Positions 25,350 through 37,800 of a DNA stretch of 39,671 nt are shown in pieces. This stretch comes from Rotaria socialis. Lineage: Eukaryota. The position numbers and the translations under genes were made by a program. The stretch is from positions 1-39,671 of the forward strand of contig CAJNYD010000422.1 in assembly GCA_905331295.1 (NCBI GenBank), written 5' to 3'. Below the pieces are notes generated by a model. It had not been told where the DNA came from. It searched no databases and saw nothing but the letters and a program-made list of their open reading frames with translations. Positions within the stretch are counted from its first letter, which is position 1. Each line of letters starts with the position of its first letter.

Positions 25350-27004
25350 CTATAATAATAAAAAGTACAATCCTCAGTAATTTTTATGTACTGAATGCGC
25401 GCATCTTAGTTTGAATAACAATGTCAGAGTGCTTGAAGAACTACCTTTATTTCTTCTTGTCGCAAATCGAATTCAAAAAAGATTTGTGTTTTGGTACATT
25501 TGACGGGCATGAGTCTTCTTTGGTAAATAAAAATGTATCAAGAGAAAGTAAGAGATAGTCGTAAATTATTGGAATTTCATTGATTAATTTGCAGGTGAAA
25601 GAAAAGCATGTTTGACTTCTTTATGAAAGCATAGAGACAAATTGGAGAAGTTGAATAAATTATCCTGCTAAATAAGAATATACATGAAAAGGATTAAAAC
25701 AAAATACGGCAATTTTTTTCATAAATAAATGTTAATTTATTCTTCCTAGGAGCTCAATGTGAATTATCTGAGTTAATAAAGCTAAATACTTCAAACTATA
25801 TAACAACTAGCAGACCCTCATCTTCAGATCACAATTCATTTTACAACAGTTGAAATAAACAATACTAGACCTCAATATGCATGATAGAATATCTCTTTAT
25901 TAGAAAGGTATTTGTCTTTATTTTTATTCGAAATGCAAAATAAGCATGCGAAGAAAGAAAAAGAACACAAAGAAAATAGAATAATACTCTGACTTATCAC
26001 TATTCATGTAGATAGATCTCAAGAATGTTTTTTGCTTCTAAAAGAATAATGCTTGTTTCAGTCTATTAGAACTGGATATTTCCTCATTAATTCAAGTATA
26101 CGATTGTCTATAAATTTTTTACGCAAACTAGTTAAACGAATCTTTAAACATAAGAACTTCCCGTGCTTCACTGCAACGTTTTCAAAGATATTAATGTTTA
26201 GATAATGAACAAAACTTAACTCAATAAAAAAGGAGAACAACGAAATGTTTTGAATGGAATGACGATTTAGTGCAGTGCACAAAGTTTCAAAGCAAAATTC
26301 GTCATTTACTATATTTACAACTGTATACAACTAGGAATGTAAAAATAAGACAAGATTCTCTTGGAAAAGAAGAATAATTTTGCATCTCAAGAATTCTAAA
26401 AGTTTTAGAAAACGATTTCGTGTACACTGAAGACGATTTCTGTTGTAGCTGCCGAGTAACTCGTAAAAATGTAAATTATACAATGGCAAAGTGAAAATGA
26501 GAAAGATGAAATTTTAATACTAGTTCGGTTTCCCACTATGCTTAATGGGCTTCCGAGAAATTTTCTCGTAAACTAAGCTAGTATTCTGGCATACGCTGTC
26601 AACGTTTCCGATTCCCACAAACGCAACAGGTTCTCGAAAAAAAAGTTGTCGAAAACCGATAGGCTGCTAACAACACGCTTTAAGTTTCCGAGGATAATTC
26701 TCGAGTTTCAAAAATTGTTTGATGGTTTCTGAGAATACTGTTAAAGGTTTCCTATCCGAATTTTCGAAAACTGAACCGTTTCGGGGGACTCGGAAGCCTA
26801 TAAGGTGATTTCAAAAGCTCAGTTAGGAGCCGAAAACCTTTCCGGATACGTTTGTGAGTTTCCGAAAGGACTTCCGAAGGGATTTCGGTTTCTGGGGAAA
26901 CACTTTTTATTTAGAGTGTAGTCATAAGTCTTAAAGGATCACTTGCAAACAATTCACCCATTTAGAAATGCCGCATATTCATCTGCTTTTTCAATACTTG
27001 AGAT

Positions 27005-27262
27005 TCATCTCATCACATCATCTGTCTCGACTAGTTTGTCTCTCGACCTTTGATAAGTAAATTGAACTACTTCATTCACACAAATATCTGGCAATACTAA
27101 TGGAGGTATATCATCACGGCGAATGCAATACTTGATTAATGAATTATGATGATAAATGCAATCATAATCCGATGCACACCCATTTTCTGTATTGTGTAAT
27201 AGAACAGCAGCTATCGATAAATGTATGAAACATAGATTAAAGAAGCAATGGTATACATGCAT
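27005..27262 (-). CDS. Small putatively secreted cysteine-rich protein (85 aa), possibly truncated
   Basis: ATG start, hydrophobic signal-like N-terminus (FFNLCFIHLSIAA), then CASDYDC-x10-C-x14-C. Confidence 0.45.
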   Translation of the reverse strand: MHVYHCFFNLCFIHLSIAAVLLHNTENGCASDYDCIYHHNSLIKYCIRRDDIPPLVLPDICVNEVVQFTYQRSRDKLVETDDVMR

Positions 27263-27607
27263 ACTGAGCTAGATTGGATGAATTTTTTCACTGATTTAAT
27301 GTCTGAGGTGTTGTACCACTGCAAAACAATTCTTTCAATGAACAGCACCGGTTTCTTCACAAAAAGGTGTTTGATTGAATAGGTGAAAATGATACAAAGG
27401 CTATGCGATTGATTTCGAATATTCTAGAGCATGTAAATTGTGTTGATCGGAGCAAAACAATTCGATCAAATTCTTTGGTGTCCACAGTAGGAGTATGACA
27501 GTTCAGTTTTAGTTCCTATCAAAAGAACTGGTCGAGCAGTTTTTTCGCTCATTCGTTCTGAACTAAGATCTGAGAACTGTTACACCCCTAGTCCACAGAA
27601 TAGCCTA

Positions 27608-27715
27608 CACTCTAAAAGAATTCTTCCCATGTATCTGGGGGAAGAACCTTTTTAGGTTTCGTACTCTTTGCTGAACCTTTTTAAGTTCGATATGGAACTT
27701 ATTTTTTTTAGAGTG
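27608..27715. mobile_element. Tiny CACTA/CMC-like MITE
   Basis: TA|CACTCTAAAA ... TTTTAGAGTG|TA with internal GAACCTTTTTA repeats. Confidence 0.8.
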
Positions 27716-28361
27716 TATACATTAAGGATTTCTGCAGTAAATTTCTCAATCCTAAATCAAACGAAAAAGACGCTTTTCCCTGTCCACAGTAGATTTTGTT
27801 CGCCCAGAAGCTCGTCAAACCGTGATAGAAGTGATGGGAGCATTCTCAGCACTAAGTTAAACCAACTTCTCTTATATTTGCACATGATAATTAAGATCTT
27901 CGAAACTAAGAAAAACTACTGCAGAATTATATTGAACCAGAAGTTGTGATATTCAAAAAAAGTAGCGCTACAGAAAAGTGTCTTGCTGTACAATAATCCA
28001 TAATCCATCGTTGCATACAAATGAACCGCATGCATTATTCGTCTTGTTTCAAATGCTTATAGATTCCCAACGTGCTAGTATTTAGAAGAATATCAGGTTG
28101 CAAATATTTAATCAGCTTGCTAACTATTTCTTGAATAAGTGTATTATATTTCACTGCCAATTTATTCATTTTGTGCTCATGCCTGATATTTAGTCACAGC
28201 GATCTCTTTTTACCGCTTACATTTAGAAATTAAATGAATTCTTTTGAAAATCATGTTTAGTCAATATGAAAAAATGACACCATCATAATCAGTGATTCAC
28301 TACCAGATCACGGCAGAAGCCTAAAGAATCCGTTCTTGAGAGTGTGAGTGTGTGTCCTAGC

Positions 28362-28601
28362 TAGGTAACATCCATATCCACATCCACGCTGAAAGGCAGC
28401 CATAAAATAATTTTGCAACTACATATTTTAATACCATTAATGATCTCATTGAAACTGCTCTTTTATAGTTTGCTTGATCAGTTAAAAACCGTTTTAGATA
28501 ATACGCGTTTAAAGTTCTTACCTACCGATACTATCATAGACTCAAAATCTCATTGTGCGCACACAATAGGTCAGTGTGGGTTTGGATATGGGTGTTGCCT
28601 G
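28362..28601. mobile_element. Old MITE with telomere-like hexamers in its TIRs
   Basis: TAGGTAACATCCATATCCACATCCACGCTGA vs TCAGTGTGGGTTTGGATATGGGTGTTGCCTG (imperfect ~30-bp inverted repeat). No TSD seen. Confidence 0.55.
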
Positions 28602-30285
28602 TTATAATGTAGAGAAGACTCATCCACACATTTAGTTTATTAGAAATTAAATTAAAATAGCATGTACTATCACGCCCATAAATAGTTATTACCTAACAAG
28701 TAGAAATGCAAGCATGAGTTATATGAAAGTAGACATGGATACGTGCAACAAATTTAATTCTCATTTATGATAATTTTAATGAGTTGCATACAATGTGATT
28801 CCATTGAGTTATCTTAAATTACAATCGATTTTTATGTGAAAATCTAGACTATGCTCTCTATGCTCATGTTGGTATTGTTTATGATGTTAAAAATAAGTAC
28901 ATGCAGTTGACAAATACATCGTTATCTGTATTTTTTTATTTCTTTTTTGTCTTTTAACATCTGTTTTAAGACTATGATATAAGGTTGAAAACAATCTTTT
29001 AAGATCGAAAATTCTCAAATTATATTAAAATAAAATATTTTACATTGAAAACCTTCTGTATTTAAAAGTTTATTAAAAATTAAATAAGTGATTTCTGGTA
29101 GATATTACACGTAGCAATCATTAATATGCCAAGTAATAGAGCAGTACTGATAATTAACATTACGTAATTGAATTTGTACCTAATCGACAACTTGCAGGAA
29201 CTGATGTCAGTCATTGTTGAAATTTAATGAGTCTAGTTATTCTACAAGGGAGTTTAAATGTTTGTCCATTAGTAAAGATGTTCCACGTCAAAGAAGCACT
29301 GATGTAAACGTTCATTTTTTCGATGTATCATGAACAAACGTTAACTTTCTTGGTAGTGTAAAATTGTTTCTGATCGTCATAATACTCGATTTTGGTATGA
29401 TGCCGACTGAAAAAGATCATATTGATAGCTGGTTATAGAATCGAATACGACCTATCACTTAAGAAATTTCGCTTTTGATTCCGATCTCTTAGTGTAAGAA
29501 TTCCTCTAATTAAGGAACGTTCCCATTATTTACATAGATAATAATGATCTTGATGCTGCTATTACAATAGTCAAAACAAAAATAATCTCATGAACCATGG
29601 TATATTTTGTTCTAGTTCGCTTTTCTAATTACCTACATGATAGATTGTTAATAAATAAAATGATCGTAATGGTAACATTATGAAAATTTCACTCTTCGTT
29701 TTTCGTACAGAAAATAGCTAACATATAGTTAAAATCACGTTGCTTTTGTTCCATATTAAATAGGGCGAAAGACTAAACGATCTATTATGTGTAGCAATAA
29801 CTATGATGCAGAAGAACATCCGAATCTATGATTTTCTAATTTACAATAAATTAAAATTCATAATTGGAAATATAACTATATAATTAATACTGAGAAATAC
29901 TAAAAAACCAATACACTTTTTCATTGACGCTAATGTTCTTCTTATGGATCATTCGATGAAACCAGAAAATTTTCATCATTAAAATAGTTCATACGAATCC
30001 ATGATATTTAAAATAAAAAATAATCATAATTTAATACTTTGGTATTTTGCTGTCATTATGCATAAATTAGTTACCTGCTGAGGCGGACATTAGTTTTGAA
30101 AGTCTATCGTTATTACAGTAACGTTGCAGGAAATATAATGAAACTCTGAGTTTGTTAGCATGGGATTAGAATGAGAAAGAAATTAAGAAGCACGAGAAGA
30201 GATGCAGCGATGACAATAAAGAGTGACGTGTCATGCAAACTGAAATAGAAGATGTGCCTAGATTTTTCGCTATACTGTGGTCGCG

Positions 30286-30640
30286 TAGGGTGGGGGCGTG
30301 GTTTCTTCTACGGTGTAGGGTGCTCTACATGACTGAAGAAACGGTCACGCTTGTCGTCAGCCGTAACGCATCGTAGTTCCACCAGCGAAAGAACTTCCCT
30401 AGCTACTTGGTTCGTATGATATCGGTTAGCCAACTGGATTCTGACGGTTCAGAACTCGCGGAGTTCGGCCGCGTCTCATCACTTTATCATTGTAATTGAA
30501 CCTCTAATCAGCTGTGCCTTTTCACGCACACTCATTGTCATCTTGTGATATTTTTACTTCGAACTTATCTCATTATGCGAGTTTGGCTATGTAAATCCGT
30601 GAGCATCTTTCTTCAAGATATATTCACACCCCACGCCCTG
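30286..30640. mobile_element. Possible degenerate hAT-like element
   Basis: TAGGGTGGGGGCGTG ... CACACCCCACGCCCTG ends around a GC-richer interior. No clear TSD. Confidence 0.35.
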
Positions 30641-30926
30641 CCTATCTCACTTGACAGTGAAATAAATTTATCCCAATACATTGAAATTTTGTAAGAACTT
30701 TTTGTTCTATATATAGGAGTATAAATAAAACAAATCCTGTTGATTCTTGAAAGTTTTGAAGTAATCAAATAGAGTTCATACGATCTGATGAGACCCTTAA
30801 GGAAGATCGCAACGCGTCATGGCTACCTATCCCGCACCTGCATCCGCGATGCATTTGGAATGTTGTGCTTATTGTCTAGAGAAGTTCATAAGAATAGTAG
30901 AAATAAAATAATCGACTATAATATAA

Positions 30927-32089
30927 TCACTTGCACTGAGATAGATCATTTTTCAAGGTATTAGGTTTGACCAGAATCGACTCCCAAGTCACTTCGTAAG
31001 GGTTCGATAAAAAGCTTGTTGTTATGGATTCTCGTTTGATTTCATCTTCATATAAAATTTTGTAACCTAGTTGGTGTAAAAGTAAGTACTTGATTGTCTT
31101 TAATTGAGCATATGATAAACCATCGGATATCCATAGATATCCTCCAGGTCTCAAAATTCTATTTTGCTCTAATAAAACCTCTCTCCATCGAGCAGGTGTC
31201 AGTCCATGATATACCCAAGAATGATGAATCACATCAAAACTAAATTTAGCGAAAGGCAGCACTTTTTCACCATCCAGAAAAGCACATAAACCGCCTCTTT
31301 CAGTTATATATTCACAATAAGGAAAATCCGGAAGAGCGGTATTCAAAACAGTTACATCATATCGTTTTTTTAATATAAAAGAGACGGAACCACCGCCAGC
31401 ACCAATTTCCAACATTGAACGTATTTTTTTACCAAATGGGATATATTGAGCCGCTACGTTTATCTTTCCCTCATGGAAAATATCATAGTAAGAAGCATTG
31501 AAATGAATCATGTTTTTTGGATGTCGGGATTAAACTGTATCAAATCTTTCCATGAATCCAGTCCCAAATTCGACCATGGCACAGCCACTTGGTTCGGAAG
31601 CGCAGGAAAGCTTACAAATTTACTAAGCCATTGATAATTTTTTGGTGGCAATAAGACGCAAGCAAAATGTCTAAGCGTACATGATGGAGAATATCTCTTG
31701 AAAAATTGAAATTGAAAATGTTGCTCGGACAACGCTCTAAATTTACAGTAGTTCACCGCTTTGTATATTGGTGTACTATTTGCAGATGTTGAAATTAAAT
31801 TCATAGGAATTTTCTTTTTGATAGACTTACAAACGTCCCATTCATAAATTTCATCGTTGAAATCTTTTATCGATAACAAGTTTCCAGATAAGTCATCTGC
31901 TTGTAATCTTTCGAACTGATCAAAGTTTTCAAGAAAAGGCACAACCTTTGATGTATTCGTGCCTCTAGTTGAAACTCCGTTACAAGGCTTTGAATATTTG
32001 GTGCCAATATAGGCTAATAATGCAAAGTTCATTAATAATGACAGCAGTGTTATTATTTTCCCTTCTTTTAGTTTATTGAATGTTCTCAT
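30927..32089 (-). CDS. Plant-type type II membrane SAM-dependent methyltransferase (Methyltransf_29/PMT-like), split by a 1-nt frameshift
   Basis: Two overlapping ORFs (ATGA overlap at 31508-31511) join if the T6 run at 31513-31518 is T7. Features: N-terminal anchor IITLLSLLMNFALLAYIG, CVLLPPKNY..VPWSNL, SAM motif IRSMLEIGAGGGS, ITERG, LPFAKFSFDVIH, NRILRPGGYLWI. First ATG at 32089. No introns. Confidence 0.82.
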
Positions 32090-32625
32090 GTTGAAATATT
32101 TCGGATGAGCCAATTTCTGTATGAAACATGCAACGTGCCTGTATGTTTGTTTGTTTAACGAGTACCAGATTCTGTTAAAGGTTGACAAAAGTCAATGGTA
32201 GCATGATTATCGGAATCTGAAATTAAGCATAATGTAGAAAAAGGTATCATATAGGACTTGAAATGTTCCGTGTTACTTTAATATACGTTTAAAAGGTATC
32301 GTTCGTACATACAAAACCCTACAAGAAATCAGCATTATTAAGGGTTTCGTAGAAAACCTTTTCGGGTATTGAAAATCGAAAACGTTTCTCAAAATACTCT
32401 TCAAATTTTATGTCGAAACAAATAGAAATAGTCGAAGTACTTCAGATTACCAAAAATAAAACTGCATTTCAATTTTTAATCCTAATAAAAGCAATCGTAT
32501 ATATTTTCTATGGGTGAGCTCAATTATATTCGCTTCAGTGAATGGGTTAAATAAAGATAATAGGATAGTTTGGGGGTTATATTAGAACTCAGATGGTAAG
32601 TGAGGGTGTGGGTGTGAGCATCTCT

Positions 32626-33072
32626 TTAGCAATACCGATACGTAAACCCACGCCATCTAGTAGACGAGTTGAATGAATTTGTTGTATTATTATTTATTTC
32701 TTCGTGAACATCTTGTAATGAATCTAAATCACTCTCATTATCTATTTCCATCAAATCATTTTCGACATCATTGTTCAATAAATTAATACTAAGATTTGCA
32801 TAAGAATTCATTCCGTCTCTATTACTGAAAACAAGGATCTTAACAGTATCAGCATTTTCTTCTTTTAAATGAAGTTCATGTGAACGATTACGATAAATTT
32901 GCGATTTAAAAGTCGAATACGTTCGATAAGATACACCGCATGTTGAAGACAACTTGCAAGTCATTTGGAACCGAGCTTCATTTTGATAAAACATTGGAAT
33001 ACGTCGAAAAAACTTTCCGAAGTTTACAAGCATGCGACCATTTTGACAAAGAGGACATGTAAACGATGATAT
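32626..33072 (-). pseudogene. N-terminal C2H2 zinc-finger relic of a CACTA/EnSpm-like transposase
   Basis: (ATA)SSFTCPLCQNGRMLVNFGKFFRRIPMFYQNEARFQMTCKLSSTCGVSYRTYSTFKSQIYRNR, then an acidic linker. The expected His ligands are mutated (RH>RR, H>Y, SHIYRxH>SQIYRNR) and the sequence is truncated near 32650. Confidence 0.62.
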
Positions 33073-33165
33073 GTTGATTTCAAAGCGAAAGTAAAATATT
33101 CTGCAAGCACTGTTTTCTTGACAAAATCAACTAAAATTGAAACTTTTTCTTAATACACACATATA

Positions 33166-34481
33166 CAGTGCTGTGAAAAATTATGGAATCACTTCCTTAA
33201 TTTCAGTTGTTAGTTTATTTTCGATCAACTTAGGTTGCTTAGGAAGTCAAAGCCCGTGCTGGTGGTACACATTCGAGTAAGCTCTATTCAATTATCACGT
33301 CAGATTCCTGAATACTATTATTAGGTTTGAGAAAACTAAAGCTTATAGGAATTGGTCAGTTTTTACTTGTGAAAAATTATATAGAATCAGTGCCGAATTC
33401 TAGTTGTTTTCGTGTCAAAGGGAATTCGATTATGATTGAAAGTGGCATGCATGAATAGAGACAGTCATTCAGAGCGTTTCAATCACAGAAACTTTGAAAA
33501 TAGATGTATGCTTGAAATAAAAATGAGGTGGTATTAATCAAGCGAAAATGACTGGAAAACACAATCTAATCTCAGTAGTCTGGCTATATTACTTGGAATA
33601 AAGATGATATCGTTCTTTTTAAAGATGAATTCAGAGCGAAAACACATTTTGCAACAAAATGAGATACTTTGGAACTCTCTACATGTTCTCATTACGGCAA
33701 TAGGCATGGAATCAAAAATACAAGGGGATTGACGAGATTCTATTCAAGTCTTGATTACTCGAAAATCACCGCTCCCTTCTCGAATTTCAGCAATATTGAG
33801 AATTTTTTCTAAGTCTCTATGAAATTAAATGATAAGATGTGATTTTCAGCTAGTTACTATTTCCCGAAGTTATTCTGAGTAAGAACTCACGGAGCTGATG
33901 GAGACTTACAAAAAGTATTTTATATTCTATTTTTGATACCACGCCTGTTGCTGTAATGAAGGGGTGTAGAGAGTTCCAGAGTATCTCATTTTGTTGCAAA
34001 ATGTGTTTTCGCTCTGAATTCATTGAAACAAATAATGATATCATCTATACTCAAAAAGTCTAACCGAATTACTGAGCTTAGTTTGTGTTTTCCAGTCACT
34101 TTTGCTTGATTAATACCACCTCTTTTTCATTTCGAGTATATATCTCTTTTCAAATTTTTCGTGATTGAAACGCTCTGAATGACTGTCTCTATTCATGCAT
34201 GCCACTTTCAATCATAATCGAATTCCCTTTGACACGAAAACAACTAGAATTCGGCACTGATTCTATATAATTTTTCACAAGTAAAAACTGACCAATTCCT
34301 ATAAGCTTTAGTTTTCTCAAACCTAATAATAGTACTCAGGAATCTGACGTGATAATTGAATAGAGCTTACTCGAATGTGTACCACCAGCACGGGCTTTGA
34401 TTTCCTAAGCAACCTAAGTTGATCGAAAATAAACTAACAACTGAAATTAAGGAAGTGATTCCATAATTTTTCTCAGCACTG
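33166..34481. mobile_element. Tc1/mariner-like foldback non-autonomous element, ~555-bp inverted arms
   Basis: TA|CAGTGCTG.GAAAAATTATGGAATCAC ... GTGATTCCATAATTTTTC.CAGCACTG|TA. Arms are ~33166-33720 and ~33928-34481. Confidence 0.93.
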
Positions 34482-34525
34482 TAGATATATATTAATCGAA
34501 ACTTTTTACAAATAAAATGATCATA

Positions 34526-34907
34526 CTCAGTGAAAAATATTCGCTGATTTCAATCAAATTATTGTGCAACAAAACCCAATCCGCATTCGGATTGATAATT
34601 TTTATTATAATATAATATGATCACCATCTAACTCAAACTTGATGTTATTGCTAGCTCAGTGGAAATTAGTTTGATTGAAATCGGATTATTTTCCAGTAAA
34701 ACCCACATTGTCAATCGATTGATAATTTGAATTGCGCTACAGAACAATCAGATTTTAATCAAACAAATTTCCACTGAGCTAGCAATAACATCAAGCTTGA
34801 GTTAGATGGTGATCATATTATATTATAATAAAAATTATCAATCAGATTGCGGATTGGGTTTTGATGCAGAATAATTTGATTGAAATCAGCGAATATTTTT
34901 CTCTGGG
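34526..34907. mobile_element. Palindromic MITE, C(C/T)CAG...CTGGG ends, TA flanks (CMC-like)
   Basis: ~165-bp arms (AAAAATATTCGCTGATTTCAATCAAATTATT...GCTAGCTCAGTGGAAATT and its reverse complement). Repeated AATC/GATT motif. Confidence 0.88.
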
Positions 34908-36773
34908 TATTAATTATACCAATAACAAGCGTAAACAAAAAAATAAACTTTTGCATCATAAAACCTGGATAAAACGTTTGGAATTCACTCATGCATAACT
35001 TCACAACAGACGACATATGCGTTTATTTACATGAAGCTTATTATCTGAGAATATATTATCATAAGGAAACACATACATTTTTCTTCAACTAAAATTAAAA
35101 AAAATTGACCTTCAAATCATGAAATAATAACATCAGCATCAATGGATGATGTACACCATTGAACAACTTCTTCGCGAGTTCAAATCATTATATATTCTTT
35201 AGATAAAAAGAATTTAAAATAAAAACTATTGAAGTATTTTGTATTAAATCAAAAGACTTTCTTTATATATGTGAATCATAACATACTAACTAAGATAGTC
35301 AATATGTGTCTGTTTTGCTTCAACATAAATAAACAAAAAGCGAAGGACGTTCTCTTGCTTTCCTATTCGAAGGACAACGCTAATTGACGGAAGTAAAAGT
35401 CGAAGGCCGACGCAACTTATGTCTACGATTGTTTTTTACGAAAAATACAGTAAGCCAATGAAAGCGAGTCCATATTTTACCAGTGTCAGAATAGTACAAA
35501 CTAATGTAATACGTATGACACGTCTACCAGCTGTATCGTTTAGAATCTGAAAATGAATTCAGTCAAATAATCGTAATTCACCTTATCAGAAATTAGACAA
35601 CTGTACTAAAATTTTATTTCAATCTGAATACAATCATGAAGATTTTTTCCCTAGTTTTTCCTTAAGAGACAAGTCGACTTGTCCTTTGACTACTTTTTTC
35701 TGATCAATGTATCATCTTTCAATTTCATACCTTTGGACGAGTCGATTTGTCCAAAGGCTTTATCACTTTTGTTTGTTAAGCAGCATCATTTTTTCTTGAA
35801 AATAAAATGATAAGTTTAAAGTAATTTCTGACTCATCAAACTAGATATGAATTAATTTTTTTAAATGAGAGAATTTAACACAAAAAAAAACAATGATATA
35901 TTAGTTTAAAATAAATGCATTGAGTTCAAGAATTATATTCTTTTTATATAAAAGAGTTTAATGTTCTCGGATGCAGAAATATAAGATGTTTCAATATGAG
36001 AATCTAACATAAAACATCCAATATACAATCTGAAAGAATATTTTTCTGCAAATGTATTTCAGAAATATTCTTGTTTATCTTTTATTCATTCATTTTTACA
36101 TTAAGTATAACTTGCTTTTCTTTTTCCTCTTATTTAATGAAATTCTAATTTATAGAAAAATGCCAATTATAACTAGCGTAAATAGCAACGGTATACAAGA
36201 AAATGAACCGTCACAAAGAAGATTATAGTCGAAAGTGCACTGATAAAAAAAAGCGCCGAATGATAAACGTTTAAAGCGTTTATGAAAATACAACGTATGA
36301 CATACCCTTTTCTACCGTTTAGCAGCATGCGATCAACCACTTTATCTACCCATCAAAAGACGAAATAAAAAGGTTTATCATAGCGTTTATACGACTGAAC
36401 AACTTTGAAAGGGTGTAACATACGCTGCATTTTCATAAGCCCTATCGAAGGTGTTAGAGAGTACTCTAACAAGTTATTTATTTATTTATTCTTATCTATT
36501 CTTGTTTCGTCTTTATACGTTATGTATTTCTTCTATGTGCAATCCAACTCGAAATGCACATACGCCAACCACTTTTTTTCATTCTTTCTTTCCTCTCTCT
36601 GCATATCTCTCTATCGCGTCTTCTGTCCTCCTGTGCGTGACGACATAAATAGTACCATCGTTTCTTCGACTGGAATTTAAGTGCATTTATAGAATGATGC
36701 ACCATCATCTTTATATACAAAATAGTCTAGTTGAAAAAGCAAATGCCTTTTCTTCCTTTGTTCTTTTCCCTCC

Positions 36774-36791
36774 CTCTCTCTCTCTCTCTCT
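36774..36791 (+). repeat. (CT)n microsatellite
   Basis: About 9 CT units. Confidence 0.85.
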
Positions 36792-37800
36792 TGTGTGTTT
36801 GTGTGTTGGTTGTATAGTATAAATAGGAAATTTGTTGTTGATTGGTTAAATAGAAACATAAATTTCTATTTTGTGAATTGCTTTAAGTTACAGCAGGGCC
36901 TCTGTAACACTTTCTATCTCAGTTTTTTCAATACCTTCATATTAAATACAAAAATGGATGTTTATCTTTCCTCATTTTTGCTGTCATAATTATCTACACT
37001 GCAATATTGTAAAAATCAAACACATCGCTAATGAAAAAATATTGATGATCGAATAAGACTACTTACCAGCCGATATCAAAATGCTTGTTGTTTAATGTGA
37101 GTCTGCAAAATGTATTGCTTTATATATACAGGCGTTACATATTTTTTTCTTTTTCTCTAACATAAATTATTTACCTGAATCAATGACGTGTGGTTCTAAT
37201 TTCGCTAGTTTCGACTTTCGCATATCAAAACATTGTTTCATATACACCACAAGTTTACCACATAAGTGATTCATATTTTCCTTTCGGTTGTGACCAGTGC
37301 AAAACAAAACGATGGGCATCTTACTATTTCTTTTTATCAAGTGAGCGCGTGGGTGACTGTATAATTGGAGAACAGTGGAAACATGGTGCGATACAAATAT
37401 TTAAGACAAATGATACATTAGAAGCTTTATGGTGATCAGCTATTACTTCGCTTACAGACGATTGTATTTGTATATTTTTTTTACAAAGAAAATGTTTTAG
37501 GGAACGTGGTTGTTTGACGAAAGCAACTCTGACTTGTGACTTTACCATGAGCACGGGAGGAGCTAGTTTTAAAATGTTTTAAATGACTAGCCAAAAATGA
37601 ATCCATTAATAATTAAGCAATCTCAGTCATTTGATTGAATTCTCTAATTTTTCGATATATATATATATCTAATAATTTGTTGAGACACAACTGTGAAAAC
37701 CTTGATTCAGATCCTTTTAAGATACATTTTCGAATACATACTTGTACGCATCGAGTTCCACTTTTGATAGTTCAGACATTCAACTATATTCAATAAAATA

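Larger units (their letters stand above)
23995..26918. mobile_element. 2.9-kb non-autonomous CACTA/CMC-like element
   Basis: Perfect 14-bp TIR CACTCTAAATAAAA ... TTTTATTTAGAGTG. Clusters of TTCCG/CGGAA subterminal repeats at both ends (~24000-24180 and ~26520-26900). The 2-bp flanks TG/TA do not match. Confidence 0.7.

Noticed and set aside
29100..29570. Possible relic of a membrane protein on the minus strand (VMLIISTALLLGILMIA)
   Set aside because: Only a single hydrophobic patch amid many stops.
37061..37200. Minus-strand splice-site-like signals
   Set aside because: No coherent ORF; possibly UTR or non-coding exons, but unsupported.
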